64,000 nucleotides of DNA from contig JAQTUZ010000005.1 of the NCBI GenBank assembly GCA_028707065.1, forward strand, positions 3,334 to 67,333, given 5' to 3'. Positions 13,791 to 22,724 of this stretch are shown here, piece by piece. The number at the start of each line of letters is the position of its first letter. Position 1 is the first letter of the stretch. The notes beneath the pieces are model-generated. The model worked only from the letters and a program-made list of their open reading frames with translations. It ran no database searches and was not told where the DNA came from. This DNA comes from Patescibacteria group bacterium. Its GTDB lineage: Bacteria; Patescibacteriota; Patescibacteriia; Patescibacteriales; WJLG01. The translations under genes and the position numbers were made by a program.

Positions 13791-15542
13791 TTATTTCAAA
13801 ATTTTCTCCACGTCCTTGATCTCTTTCAAAATCCTCTTGTTGGTGGCGTCGATATGCTCGTATAAAATATTTTTTACCCGGGCCTTGCCTTTGGCGAAAT
13901 CAGCGCGATTCATCTTAACGAGATCATCGATCTCCTCGGAGACGGCGATCTTCAGTTCTTCGATATTTTTCTCCAGCACATCTTCGATCTCCAGAGTTTC
14001 TTTCTTTAATTTCTTGCGCACGAATTCCCAGATCCAGATCAGGAGCGCGACGATCAGAATGATCACCAGGAGGAGGGAGACAAGCACCGTGAAATAATTT
14101 AAGACGAACGAACCGATGCGGGCAAAAATCGGCGCCGTGACCAGAAAACTGACCTTGGCGCTCGGCTTGCTCTTCAAGCCGTTGGGATTGACCGCTTCCA
14201 CCCAGGCCGTATAGCGGCCGTTGGCATAATTCTTGGACGCGACCAGGAACCAATTGCCGTCATTGTCGCTTTTTACACTATTAACTTCGGGTTGAGCTTG
14301 GCCTTCCCCTTGAAGATAAATATTGATCGTATTATTGGGATTGGCCGTGCCGCTGATGAAGAATTTATCGCCGGGTTTTATTTCGGCGGAGTAACTTTTG
14401 ATCACCGGAGTGGCCACGGCGGCAAATTCAAAGGTCAAATTAGCCAAGGTCCCGTTGCCGGCCAGATCAAGCGCCTTGACCGCGATCGCATGCGAACCGA
14501 CTGCCAAGTCGGTCAATTTATAAGAAGTTTTGTCGGCGGTTAAAACAATTGGCTCGGCCGACAAGCTGTCAATCAATATTTCATATTTATCCAAACCTGA
14601 TAACTCGTCAGTGGTCTGGAAATATAAAGTCGGCCAATCATTGGGGTCATCCTGCTTTACCGAAAGCGCGAAGTCTTTAGGCGGCGTGGAATCGATATTC
14701 ACGCGGAAATGCCCGGTCGTCCCCCAGCGCCCCTTATTGTCCTTGACCTTGACGTGAATGTACCAGCTGCCATCGTGGTCCGCGGTATATTGTTTGCTAT
14801 TGAATAAGCCATCGGGCACATTGCCCGGTTCAGTACCGGCTTTTTGATCAAAGGCAACGCTGACGCCGGTCGCGCCATCCGGCAGTTTCCAGGAAAAATC
14901 AGCAGTCTTGGCTTTATACCATTTGGTTTGGTCGGGATGAGTATCGGAAGTGATCACCGGCCGATTGTAAGCGGCCGTTTCCACCGGTGCCGGAGTCGGT
15001 GCCGGAGTCGGTTGGCCCGGGGCCGGTTTTTCAGGAGTCGGCGCTTCTACTTTGGCGGAAATGATAAAACTGGCCGAGCCCAGGCTGGATAAAATATTCG
15101 TGCCCATGCCGTCATTGGCCAAAACATCCCCGGAAGTAAAATTGACCGCGGCCGTTCCCAGCTTGATCGCCTGGAAAGTGATGACGCAGATCGTGCCGCC
15201 ATTGCCGGTATAACCGGGGCGGGGCACGCCGCCGCCGAATCCGATCGTTCCCGCGCCTGATGAAAAAGTCGGTTCTTCGGTCCAAAGGCTGAAAACCGAA
15301 CCCTTGGCGACGCTCAGCACTTTAAGCAGGGATTTATCATAAGTAAGCGACGCCTGCCCGGCATTGATGCTTTGGCCGCCGGTGCTGATCTTTATGGCCA
15401 CGGTGAATTTGCTGTTTAAAATTTTCGTCCCGGTCGAAGGCGAGAGATAAAGCGACGCACCCGCTGCCCAGGCCGGAGTCGCCAAAAACGCGCTGGCAGC
15501 AACTAACCCAACTAAAATTAACGGGAAGAAAAATTTTCTCAT
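13791..15542 (-). CDS. cohesin-like surface protein with C-terminal TM anchor and cytoplasmic coiled coil
   Basis: Signal peptide, cohesin-like domain (about 15047-15464), PT-rich linker PTPEKPAPGQPTPAPTPAP, Ig-like modules, TM FVLNYFTVLVSLLLVIILIVALLIWIW and a charged helical tail. It is a paralog of 40856..42604 with the same length and layout. Confidence 0.7.
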   Translation of the reverse strand: MRKFFFPLILVGLVAASAFLATPAWAAGASLYLSPSTGTKILNSKFTVAIKISTGGQSINAGQASLTYDKSLLKVLSVAKGSVFSLWTEEPTFSSGAGTIGFGGGVPRPGYTGNGGTICVITFQAIKLGTAAVNFTSGDVLANDGMGTNILSSLGSASFIISAKVEAPTPEKPAPGQPTPAPTPAPVETAAYNRPVITSDTHPDQTKWYKAKTADFSWKLPDGATGVSVAFDQKAGTEPGNVPDGLFNSKQYTADHDGSWYIHVKVKDNKGRWGTTGHFRVNIDSTPPKDFALSVKQDDPNDWPTLYFQTTDELSGLDKYEILIDSLSAEPIVLTADKTSYKLTDLAVGSHAIAVKALDLAGNGTLANLTFEFAAVATPVIKSYSAEIKPGDKFFISGTANPNNTINIYLQGEGQAQPEVNSVKSDNDGNWFLVASKNYANGRYTAWVEAVNPNGLKSKPSAKVSFLVTAPIFARIGSFVLNYFTVLVSLLLVIILIVALLIWIWEFVRKKLKKETLEIEDVLEKNIEELKIAVSEEIDDLVKMNRADFAKGKARVKNILYEHIDATNKRILKEIKDVEKILK

Positions 15543-15557
15543 AGCTCCTTGTTATTT

Positions 15558-15713
15558 AAATCCAAAATCTTAAGCACAAAATCCAAAGCAAATCCAAAAT
15601 TCAAATGGTCAAAACTTATCCAAAGAGCGACCATCTATTCGCTGACAAAATATTTTCAATTTTAAATTTTAGATTTGTTTTGAGTTTTGGATTTTGAGCT
15701 TTGAATTTAGGAT
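15558..15713. repeat. intergenic inverted repeat built from AAATCCAAA words (family D)
   Basis: Left arm aaatccaaaatcttaagcacaaaatccaaagcaaatccaaaattcaaa. Right arm tttaaattttagatttgttttgagttttggattttgagctttgaatttaggat. The loop is about 56 nt. Confidence 0.75.
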
Positions 15714-15789
15714 CCAGGGCAAACCGATTGTTTCGCGAAATCAAATCATCCTTATTATAACTTAAATTCAAGAATACGACAATTTAAAA

Positions 15790-16881
15790 TCAACCGAGCT
15801 TGATTTTATTTTTCGCCTTTCTCTTTAAAATGACGATGATCGGCACTAACACGAAAATGATCACTAAGATGCCGCCGCCGACAGCGATGATCGGCCGCCA
15901 ATTTGTTGAGCGGGGATTTTTCAATGATTGCAGCGCCGCGTTATCATACTCGACGATCCGCTCGTTGCCGGCGCGGTCAACGGCTTTAACCTTGATCACG
16001 CTGTTCAAAGACTGGTCCTTAAGGATATAGGGCGAGTCAGCTTTCACCCAGCCGGCGGGCAAAACTTCCTTGATCCTGAAAATCTGACGGATAAATCGCT
16101 CAAAGGCGCTTTCCTTTTTTTCTTGCAGATTTTGCGCCTTGGTTTCCAGAACTTCATAGTGATCAACTCCGGTCTGCTTGTCGACCGTGGAAAAAACCAC
16201 AAAATATCGGCCATTGGCGACTCGCGGACTGTTGTCGATCTCGATCACGAACGGTTCGGGCGGAATTTTGTCAGCCGCGATCTTCTCGGCCCAGACATCC
16301 GAGCTGGTCGTGATCTTTTCATTGATCTCAATAACCGCTCCTTGCGCGTTGATCGAAACTCTGGTGCCCTCGCCGTCATTGATATAAGCTTCCGTATCCG
16401 AGCTGAAATCAATCTTGGCCTTGTGAAAAACGATGGGGTTTTTGGGAGAAAAAATCAACGAACCTAAAATATTGCTATCGCCCGGATCGCCCGGGATGAC
16501 GCCGCAATAGCCGCCGGGAATTCCGCCGGAAAAAATAATTTTTCCTTCGCGGTTAACCCGCTCCAGCGCCTCCTGATCCGGCTTTTGCACCCAAATGGTT
16601 AAAAAAGATTCTCCGGAATTAAAATCCTTGAACTCCAGGATATCGGAAGGAAAATTAATGCCGACTTGCGCGGCATTAATGCATTCGCCGCTCGAAACGC
16701 CAACTTTTACCCGCACTTCAATGACATCATTCGGCCCGATCGTTTTTTGCGGCGGATCAAGATAAAAAGTGGCGGCTTTAACCGAAATCGGGAAAAAAAC
16801 AACTGGAAATATAAAAATAAATATTCCCAAAATAAACGTGGAAATTTGAAATTTGAAATTTGAAATTCGTTTTTTCATCAT
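15790..16881 (-). CDS. cohesin-like surface protein with C-terminal TM anchor
   Basis: ATG at 16881/16878 (MMKKRISNFKF..). Cohesin-like domain about 16314-16773 (FYLDPPQK..IEVRVKVGV..INAAQVGINFPSDIL..GKIIFSGGIPGG). C-terminal TM IIAVGGGILVIIFVLVPIIVIL followed by a basic tail. Confidence 0.65.
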   Translation of the reverse strand: MMKKRISNFKFQISTFILGIFIFIFPVVFFPISVKAATFYLDPPQKTIGPNDVIEVRVKVGVSSGECINAAQVGINFPSDILEFKDFNSGESFLTIWVQKPDQEALERVNREGKIIFSGGIPGGYCGVIPGDPGDSNILGSLIFSPKNPIVFHKAKIDFSSDTEAYINDGEGTRVSINAQGAVIEINEKITTSSDVWAEKIAADKIPPEPFVIEIDNSPRVANGRYFVVFSTVDKQTGVDHYEVLETKAQNLQEKKESAFERFIRQIFRIKEVLPAGWVKADSPYILKDQSLNSVIKVKAVDRAGNERIVEYDNAALQSLKNPRSTNWRPIIAVGGGILVIIFVLVPIIVILKRKAKNKIKLG

Positions 16882-16945
16882 AAAAAATATTAAGATTGGA
16901 AATTGAATTTTAAAATTTCTAATTTCCAATTTCTAATTTCTAATT
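16840..16945. repeat. family C (GAAATTT) word repeats forming nested hairpins
   Basis: ggaaatttgaaatttgaaatttgaaattcg (16840-16869) overlaps the first codons of the downstream gene. Its partners are ttggaaattgaatttt/aaaatttctaatttccaa and aatttctaatttctaatt, up to 16945. Confidence 0.7.
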
Positions 16946-16946
16946 A

Positions 16947-18281
16947 TCATCCTGTCCAATAATACATCATGATGGAAAAATCGGCTAAACCGACTTTGCC
17001 GTCCTTGTTGATGTCGGCGGTCTGGTCAGAGGTATCCCAGTTATAAAGCAAGATGGAAAAATCCACCAGGTTAACCGCGTTGTCGCAATTCAGATCGGCA
17101 ATGCCGCACTTGCCCTTTTCCGGCACATTCTTGCCGACATAAAAACTGACAGAACGGCTGAAATTGCTCTCGATCACGCCGGTCGGACTGTTCAGGTGGA
17201 TCAAAGCTTTGGCCGTATGAAAATCTTCGGTTAAAGGCGCGGTATTAAAAACCAAGCTCCAATCACCCTCTGCCCCGCTGGTGGTGGTGGAGACCCTTTC
17301 CAGATCCGAATTGACGTGCACGGCAATATTGACGGTCGGGGAACTCTTGCCGAAAATTTTTATGCTCTCTCCTTTGTTCACTTGATTCTTGTTGACATCG
17401 ATAGTGGGTGAAAGATAAACGTTTTCGATGGTCGTAATCGATTTGGAAGCGACGCGAAAGGTCAAAGTGAGCAAAGTGGATTTTAAGCCGCGCTCATCGT
17501 CGGTCCAAAGTCCGAAAGAAGAAACGCCCGGAGTCGTATCGCCGCTTTGAAAATGAAAATCGCCTTTGGAGTCGGCGCGCACGATGCCGGCGACGTTGCC
17601 GTCGATCAAGACCCGGACTTCGCGGTTGGGATAACCGTTGCCGTTAATGACCACTAAAGTCTGGTCGGGCGGGGTTTTTGTGCCGGGTACAAAGCCGGAG
17701 GTTCCGCCGCTCGAACCGCCTCCTCCGCCGCCGGTAGTCGGCAGCTGGCCCGGCTGGGGTTCTTGATTGCCGACCACGCTGCAATTGCTTAAATCGAGCC
17801 GGCAATTAGGAGTGCAATGCAAGGTGCCGGTGGTATAACCAAAACTTTTACAATCGGCGCCGCCAAAATCAAGGTTGTCGCATTCCTCCGCCTGTTGTTT
17901 GTGCAGATCGCCGCAAGTGTAGCAAGTCGAAGTGGAATAGGCGGTGCAATCACTGGTGCAAGCCAGCCGTCCAGAGACGAAAGGCAGCCCGGTGTAGATA
18001 TCGATGAAACTTTGGCAAGTCGTGGTGCCGGTGTTGGACAAAATTCCCCTGGACGGATTGCCCGGATCGCAAAACTCATAATAAGGGTCGATAAAACCAT
18101 CGCCGCAAACCAACAGAATTTTTACCGAAGTTTCCAGATAGGCGGAAGTGGAGGCATAAGCCGAGAAAACCCCTTCTTTCATCGCACCGACCCGAGCCCA
18201 AGGAAATAAATTAAAATTCAAAGCCAGACACAATAAACAAAAAAAAGAAACCAACAGGATTTTGGGGAAATTTTTATTCAT
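16947..18281 (-). CDS. secreted dockerin-containing protein with Cys-rich N-terminal repeats
   Basis: Signal peptide. CGDG..E.CD-type Cys-rich repeats (CGDGFIDPYYEFCDPGN, CGDLHKQQAEECDNLDFGGADC), a Gly-rich linker and two Ig-like modules. The C-terminal duplicated dockerin repeat is DLNCDNAVNLVDFSILL / DINKDGKVGLADFSIMM (16950-17108). Confidence 0.75.
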   Translation of the reverse strand: MNKNFPKILLVSFFCLLCLALNFNLFPWARVGAMKEGVFSAYASTSAYLETSVKILLVCGDGFIDPYYEFCDPGNPSRGILSNTGTTTCQSFIDIYTGLPFVSGRLACTSDCTAYSTSTCYTCGDLHKQQAEECDNLDFGGADCKSFGYTTGTLHCTPNCRLDLSNCSVVGNQEPQPGQLPTTGGGGGGSSGGTSGFVPGTKTPPDQTLVVINGNGYPNREVRVLIDGNVAGIVRADSKGDFHFQSGDTTPGVSSFGLWTDDERGLKSTLLTLTFRVASKSITTIENVYLSPTIDVNKNQVNKGESIKIFGKSSPTVNIAVHVNSDLERVSTTTSGAEGDWSLVFNTAPLTEDFHTAKALIHLNSPTGVIESNFSRSVSFYVGKNVPEKGKCGIADLNCDNAVNLVDFSILLYNWDTSDQTADINKDGKVGLADFSIMMYYWTG

Positions 18282-18333
18282 ATAAAAATAATCCGGAACA
18301 TTAAAAAATTATCTGCCGAATGCCGCCGCTATT

Positions 18334-18510
18334 AAATTCGAAACGCGAAATCATAAATCCGAAATAAATTCAAAATCCCAAATCCAAAACTTTTTAATTT
18401 AACCCCTCTCAAGCAAAGGGATTCAGCCTTCGACCGATCCAAACGTTTTAGGATTTAGCGCTTAGAATTTTAGATTTGTTTCGGATTTCGCCTGCCGGCC
18501 GGCAGACAGG
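18334..18510. repeat. family D inverted repeat plus a 14-bp GC palindrome
   Basis: Left arm aaattcgaaacgcgaaatcataaatccgaaataaattcaaaatcccaaatccaaaac. Right arm gttttaggatttagcgcttagaattttagatttgtttcggatttcg. This is followed by ctgccgg/ccggcag (18492-18505). Confidence 0.7.
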
Positions 18511-18575
18511 GATTTTGTACTTCGGATTTAACGCCAGCAATATTCAGATTGCGGATGAACCTGGATTATATCTTA

Positions 18576-19634
18576 TTATTCATTCTTTTCCTCCTTGTGC
18601 TTTTCGGCTTGTCTTACCAGCCATTGCCAGAATTTTTTATTAAGAGCTTTGAAGAAATTAATAATCGTGCGCAAGATCGGCCGGGAGGGCAACAAAACCA
18701 GCCAGATAAAGAAACGCCAGAATCTGATCTTAACCAGCAGGGCGATTATCGCCAAAACTATCAAAACTATCCCCGCCGCGACCAGCCAGGGCCAGACGCC
18801 CAAATTATTTCCGCCCAAAATGCCCGGATTAGCGATAGTAAAGGCTATTTCATAATAATTGACGATCTCCTGCTCCTTATAAATTCTAACTTTGACCCAA
18901 TATTGTCCGGCGGGAAGATGAGTGGTAAATTCGGCTGTCACAGCCGCGGTGGAAAACGGGTCGATCTTTTTGATCGATCGGTCCACGCTTGACTGGAGCA
19001 TTTTTTTCTTACTCAGATCCCAAACCTCGATTGTTACTTGGGATGGCGCGGTTTTGACATTGCCTTTATTTTCGATATTCATCACGACCCTTATTTTGTA
19101 AAAAAGCCGGTTGAAGATCGGCGCCCAAATTTTCCAATCCCAAGGTTTGCCCAAGCGCTCGAAATCAGGAATGGAAACCAGCCTGACCAAAAAGTCCGCT
19201 TGGGAAACATTAGTCAGCGCCAAGTCAATATCGATCCGCGCGCCCAAAGCGATGGACACGCCGGCTCCATTTTCCGAGGCCGGGGCGACTTTAACATCGA
19301 TCGCGCCGGTATAGTTGCCCAATTCCGCGCCTTTGGGAATTTTAAAAGTTATCACCATCGGCACTTGCAATTTTCCCTTGGGCAAAACAAAACTGCCGCC
19401 CTGGTCAAGCGTAATCCAAGAAGCTATTTCCGGAGCATTGACTTTTACTTCCGCCTTAAGATCATCGGCAGCGTCCGACCGCAATAACATTATTTCCTGC
19501 TTGTAGGTCGAGCCTGGCGTTAATTGATGATTTTGGATCAAAGGCGGTGAAACGCCAAAACCAGCCCGAACGCCATTAGCCCAGGAAAAAAGCAAAACTA
19601 AAACAAGCAAAGGCAATAAAATTTTCTTTAGCAT
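18576..19634 (-). CDS. DUF916/DUF3324-like (CscA-like) surface protein with C-terminal TM anchor
   Basis: Signal peptide LLVLVLLFSWANGVRA. Two beta-sandwich-like halves (FGVSPPLIQNHQLTPGSTY..., NIENKGNVKTAPSQVTIEVWD...LPAGQYWVKVRIY) and a C-terminal TM. The architecture matches 46947, 48065 and 49250. Confidence 0.5.
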   Translation of the reverse strand: MLKKILLPLLVLVLLFSWANGVRAGFGVSPPLIQNHQLTPGSTYKQEIMLLRSDAADDLKAEVKVNAPEIASWITLDQGGSFVLPKGKLQVPMVITFKIPKGAELGNYTGAIDVKVAPASENGAGVSIALGARIDIDLALTNVSQADFLVRLVSIPDFERLGKPWDWKIWAPIFNRLFYKIRVVMNIENKGNVKTAPSQVTIEVWDLSKKKMLQSSVDRSIKKIDPFSTAAVTAEFTTHLPAGQYWVKVRIYKEQEIVNYYEIAFTIANPGILGGNNLGVWPWLVAAGIVLIVLAIIALLVKIRFWRFFIWLVLLPSRPILRTIINFFKALNKKFWQWLVRQAEKHKEEKNE

Positions 19635-19682
19635 TTAAATATATTCAATCTGAAGGGTGGCAAAGGAATGAAGCGACCCTCG

Positions 19683-19704
19683 GGAGCGCAAAATTTTGCG
19701 TTCC
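19683..19704. repeat. 22-nt palindromic motif (copy 1 of 2)
   Basis: ggagcgcaaaattttgcgttcc followed by tgc. Compare ggaacgcaaaatattgcgttcc followed by tgc at 23515-23536. Confidence 0.6.
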
Positions 19705-20053
19705 TGCAAGGGATTTCCCCCTCAAATTTTCACAATCATAAAACTATACGCCGTGGTATATCCCCCAAATTGCGTATAATCCTACAACTTAATCATACAA
19801 TAACTTTTTGGCAAATGCAATGATGATTATTAAACAATTATTAAGTTTAAAAATATTTATTATTAGCCTTTTTAAACCAAGGTCGCCAAATATTTTTTTA
19901 GCCTTAGAATCCGCCTGAAATACTGGACAAAAATTATCCTTGCCCTGTTCATAAAAAGTGATTATCGCTGAATGCTCTTTCGAGCATTAATTTTCAAAAT
20001 TCGAGTCAAATTTAGGCTGAATACGGCATTCGGCGACACAATCCCATAAGAGT

Positions 20054-20080
20054 AAAAAAAGAGCGCCCGATGAGGCGCTC
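20054..20080 (-). terminator. intrinsic terminator after 20103..21866
   Basis: Minus strand: gagcgcc-tcatcg-ggcgctc followed by UUUUUUU (plus aaaaaaa 20054-20060). It lies 23 nt past the stop. Confidence 0.75.
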
Positions 20081-20102
20081 AAAATTGAAAATTTTGTCAA
20101 CT

Positions 20103-21866
20103 TCACGGATACTGCCAATCGTCATATTTATTTAGAACCACGGTAAAAGTATTGACGCCGTAAAAGGTGGCGGACGGCGTACCGGCCGGAACCCTGATGC
20201 CCCAATAAATCTCAGCCGAGACGTCACTTTGATCAATCGGACGAGCAATTCCCAGAGTCACCGTATCCGGAGTTGTCGAGGAAGTGTTGCCGGCGGAAAA
20301 AGAGAAGGGATTTTTATCATGTTGCTGATTATCGATCTTGATTATTTCCGGGCCAACATGATTTTTCAACATATCCTCGCCGGAAACCGCCGTATCGATC
20401 GGAGTGTTGCCGTAATTAACCACGGTGGTCGAGGCATTGTCCGCGCCGGTATTAGTACCGGCTTGAACGGTGCCGTAAGGAATGGTATTTTCATCGACGC
20501 TTAAAGCCGCGGACGAAATAACTTCCACGCCGTTTAAAGTATTATAAAGACCCAAGCCTTTCAATCCCAGCGCATCGTTGGCTTTAATGCCGGCATACCA
20601 GGAACTGGTGGAAGCGACGCTGGAAGCATCGGTCGGCATGGTAAAAAAAGCCAGCGTGGTGCTGCAAGTGATCGAAGCGGTGGCGCTGCTTGGCCCGGAA
20701 CAATTGGAAATAGCGCAATGATCGGTGGCGATCTGATAACAATTATTATCGTTGGCGCCGCAGTTATTGCCGCCCGAAACCGCTTCTAAATAAATCGTAC
20801 TGGTGGCGGTGGACAGATCGGTACAGCCGTTATTATCGGTAACACTTGAAGAAGTTGCCAAAACTAAAACTTCCGACGCTCCTTTGATGTTCAAAGTGAT
20901 ATTATTACCGCTATTTAAAGTCACGTTGGAAACTGTCGGCGCGACATTATTGACATTATAAACGCTGGAGGTGCCATTGCCGGTCGAAGCGGCCATATTG
21001 TGCCAATCTTTGATAAAACCATAATAAGTATAGGCGGCATGCATTTGGGGAACGTCGGTGGTGTAATCGCAAGAAACGCTGGTCGCCACGGAAGAAGAAC
21101 CGTGGCAAAGTTCAGTGTCGCCACAGCCGCCACCGACCGTCCAGCTATTACTGGAACAAACGAAGATGCTCATATGATCAGATCCGCCTTGAACGTCGGA
21201 ATCCGTGGTGCTGGCGGTAATGGTCACTGCCACTCCCGGATCTTTATTGTCTGACGAGGTATAAAGATGAGTTAGCTGTGGCGCGTGATTGACATAGAAC
21301 GGACTGCCGCTGTCGCCGGCGCCTTGGCTTTGAACCGAACACCGCTGATCGCCCCAATGGCCGTCACAAATAAAAGCATACCAAATCTGCATTTCCGAAC
21401 CCGGATCGGTGACATTGTTGTAAGTGCAGCTAACCGGCACTGTGCTGGAAGCTTTACTGGAAAGACAAAATTGAGTTCCGCTGACGCAAGAAGGCGGCTG
21501 GCCGTCCACCGTGGTAGTAGCCTGGGTGCCCGAACAAACGATCATCCAATAACTGTCTCCCTCGTCATCAAGCGCGGTGCCGGTAAAACCAATACTGCCT
21601 CCGACATTAACCGGCGAAGTAGAAGAGGAAACCGGACTTTCCGCCGGGCCGGCGGTAAAGTGCGGCGGAGAGTTTTTCACGACCACCGAAGTGGTGGCCG
21701 TCGCCGCCTCGGCATCGGCCGCCAGATTAACAAAACCCTTTTGCGCCGGTTTGACGAAATTCAAATTCAAGTTGAAAGAAAACCCCAAGACTATCACATT
21801 AAGCAAACAAAAAATCACGATGATCGGCAAAGTGTGTTTAATTTTCTTTTGTAAAAATTTGGCCAT
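20103..21866 (-). CDS. secreted Cys-rich protein, stand-alone paralog of the C-terminal ~590 aa of the 4142-aa giant
   Basis: N-terminal signal anchor. It is collinear with giant-1 residues encoded at about 28108-29650: NSPPHFTAGP/NTAPSFTSVP, FYVNHAPQL/FRVNHPPSF, ITLNIKGASEV/ITLNIKGAADK, CGANDNNCYQIATDHC/CAANDNNCYQLTTSDC, and the tail IYWGIRVPAG/IYWGIGIPAT. Confidence 0.75.
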   Translation of the reverse strand: MAKFLQKKIKHTLPIIVIFCLLNVIVLGFSFNLNLNFVKPAQKGFVNLAADAEAATATTSVVVKNSPPHFTAGPAESPVSSSTSPVNVGGSIGFTGTALDDEGDSYWMIVCSGTQATTTVDGQPPSCVSGTQFCLSSKASSTVPVSCTYNNVTDPGSEMQIWYAFICDGHWGDQRCSVQSQGAGDSGSPFYVNHAPQLTHLYTSSDNKDPGVAVTITASTTDSDVQGGSDHMSIFVCSSNSWTVGGGCGDTELCHGSSSVATSVSCDYTTDVPQMHAAYTYYGFIKDWHNMAASTGNGTSSVYNVNNVAPTVSNVTLNSGNNITLNIKGASEVLVLATSSSVTDNNGCTDLSTATSTIYLEAVSGGNNCGANDNNCYQIATDHCAISNCSGPSSATASITCSTTLAFFTMPTDASSVASTSSWYAGIKANDALGLKGLGLYNTLNGVEVISSAALSVDENTIPYGTVQAGTNTGADNASTTVVNYGNTPIDTAVSGEDMLKNHVGPEIIKIDNQQHDKNPFSFSAGNTSSTTPDTVTLGIARPIDQSDVSAEIYWGIRVPAGTPSATFYGVNTFTVVLNKYDDWQYP

Positions 21867-21928
21867 ATTTAATTATTAACTCAATTTACGCCATAAACAA
21901 CTTATCCACAGCTATTATCCTTATTCAT

Positions 21929-21937
21929 ATTATACCA
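21929..21937 (-). promoter_or_regulatory. extended -10 promoter (TGGTATAAT) for 20103..21866
   Basis: Minus strand reads TTCATT, 17-nt spacer with TG, then TATAAT. It lies about 60 nt upstream of the ATG at 21866. Confidence 0.45.
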
Positions 21938-22098
21938 CTTTTCCGGAGCTAAATGAATTGCTCGCGCATTAGCAGAAAAAAGGCTAATTTTAAATTAATT
22001 TACAAATATCAATTATCGATAAGACCAGCTTGACCTTCAAATAACAATAGATAAGAATAGATCTTTTTTACTTTTTATTTTCTACTTTTTACTTATTT

Positions 22099-22713
22099 TT
22101 ACACTTCATAATAGTAAATATTTTTGTCAGGCTTGTATTCTTTTTCTTTTTCAGTCAAAACTTTTTCCTCGCCGCCGATCAGAAAATTAAACCATCTTTT
22201 TTTCGGTTCGGTTTTCAAAACCTTGATCGGTTCCAAAAAAGGAATAATGAATCCGGAGCTGATAATTATAGCGCCGGCTCTGGGCTCGACGCGCAATTTT
22301 TTATAAATTTCGCGCAAAATTTGAACATCCAGGTAACAATAAACAACATTGGCCCCCTTGATATCCGCCAGATAATAGTCGGCGCATTTGACTTTGATCC
22401 GGCTGCCGCGGAAAAAAATCTGCAGCCGGGCCAGCGTGCAATGCCATAAACTGTCATCGACTCCGACCAATTTCACCGTAGGGAATTTTTTTTCCACCGC
22501 CCAAAGAAAGCCAGACCGGCCGTAACCCAAGGAGTAAACAACATAATCGTCTCTGATCTCGATTTGTTCCAATATTTTTTCCATTACTTCCGGATGCGAC
22601 TGCAGGAACGGGGCAAAACCGAAAAACAGCAATTCACGCAAAATAATAAAAATAAAAAATAAGACGATAAACAGAATAATTGCTTGAACGATGAAGATGA
22701 TTGTCGAAGCCAT
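22099..22713 (-). CDS. membrane-anchored class I SAM-dependent methyltransferase-like protein
   Basis: N-terminal TM (IIFIVQAIILFIVLFFIFIIL), a Gly-rich motif I-like SLGYGRSG, and the following strands KLVGVDDS and VVYCYL. Confidence 0.45.
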   Translation of the reverse strand: MASTIIFIVQAIILFIVLFFIFIILRELLFFGFAPFLQSHPEVMEKILEQIEIRDDYVVYSLGYGRSGFLWAVEKKFPTVKLVGVDDSLWHCTLARLQIFFRGSRIKVKCADYYLADIKGANVVYCYLDVQILREIYKKLRVEPRAGAIIISSGFIIPFLEPIKVLKTEPKKRWFNFLIGGEEKVLTEKEKEYKPDKNIYYYEV

Positions 22714-22724
22714 TAAATTAAAAT

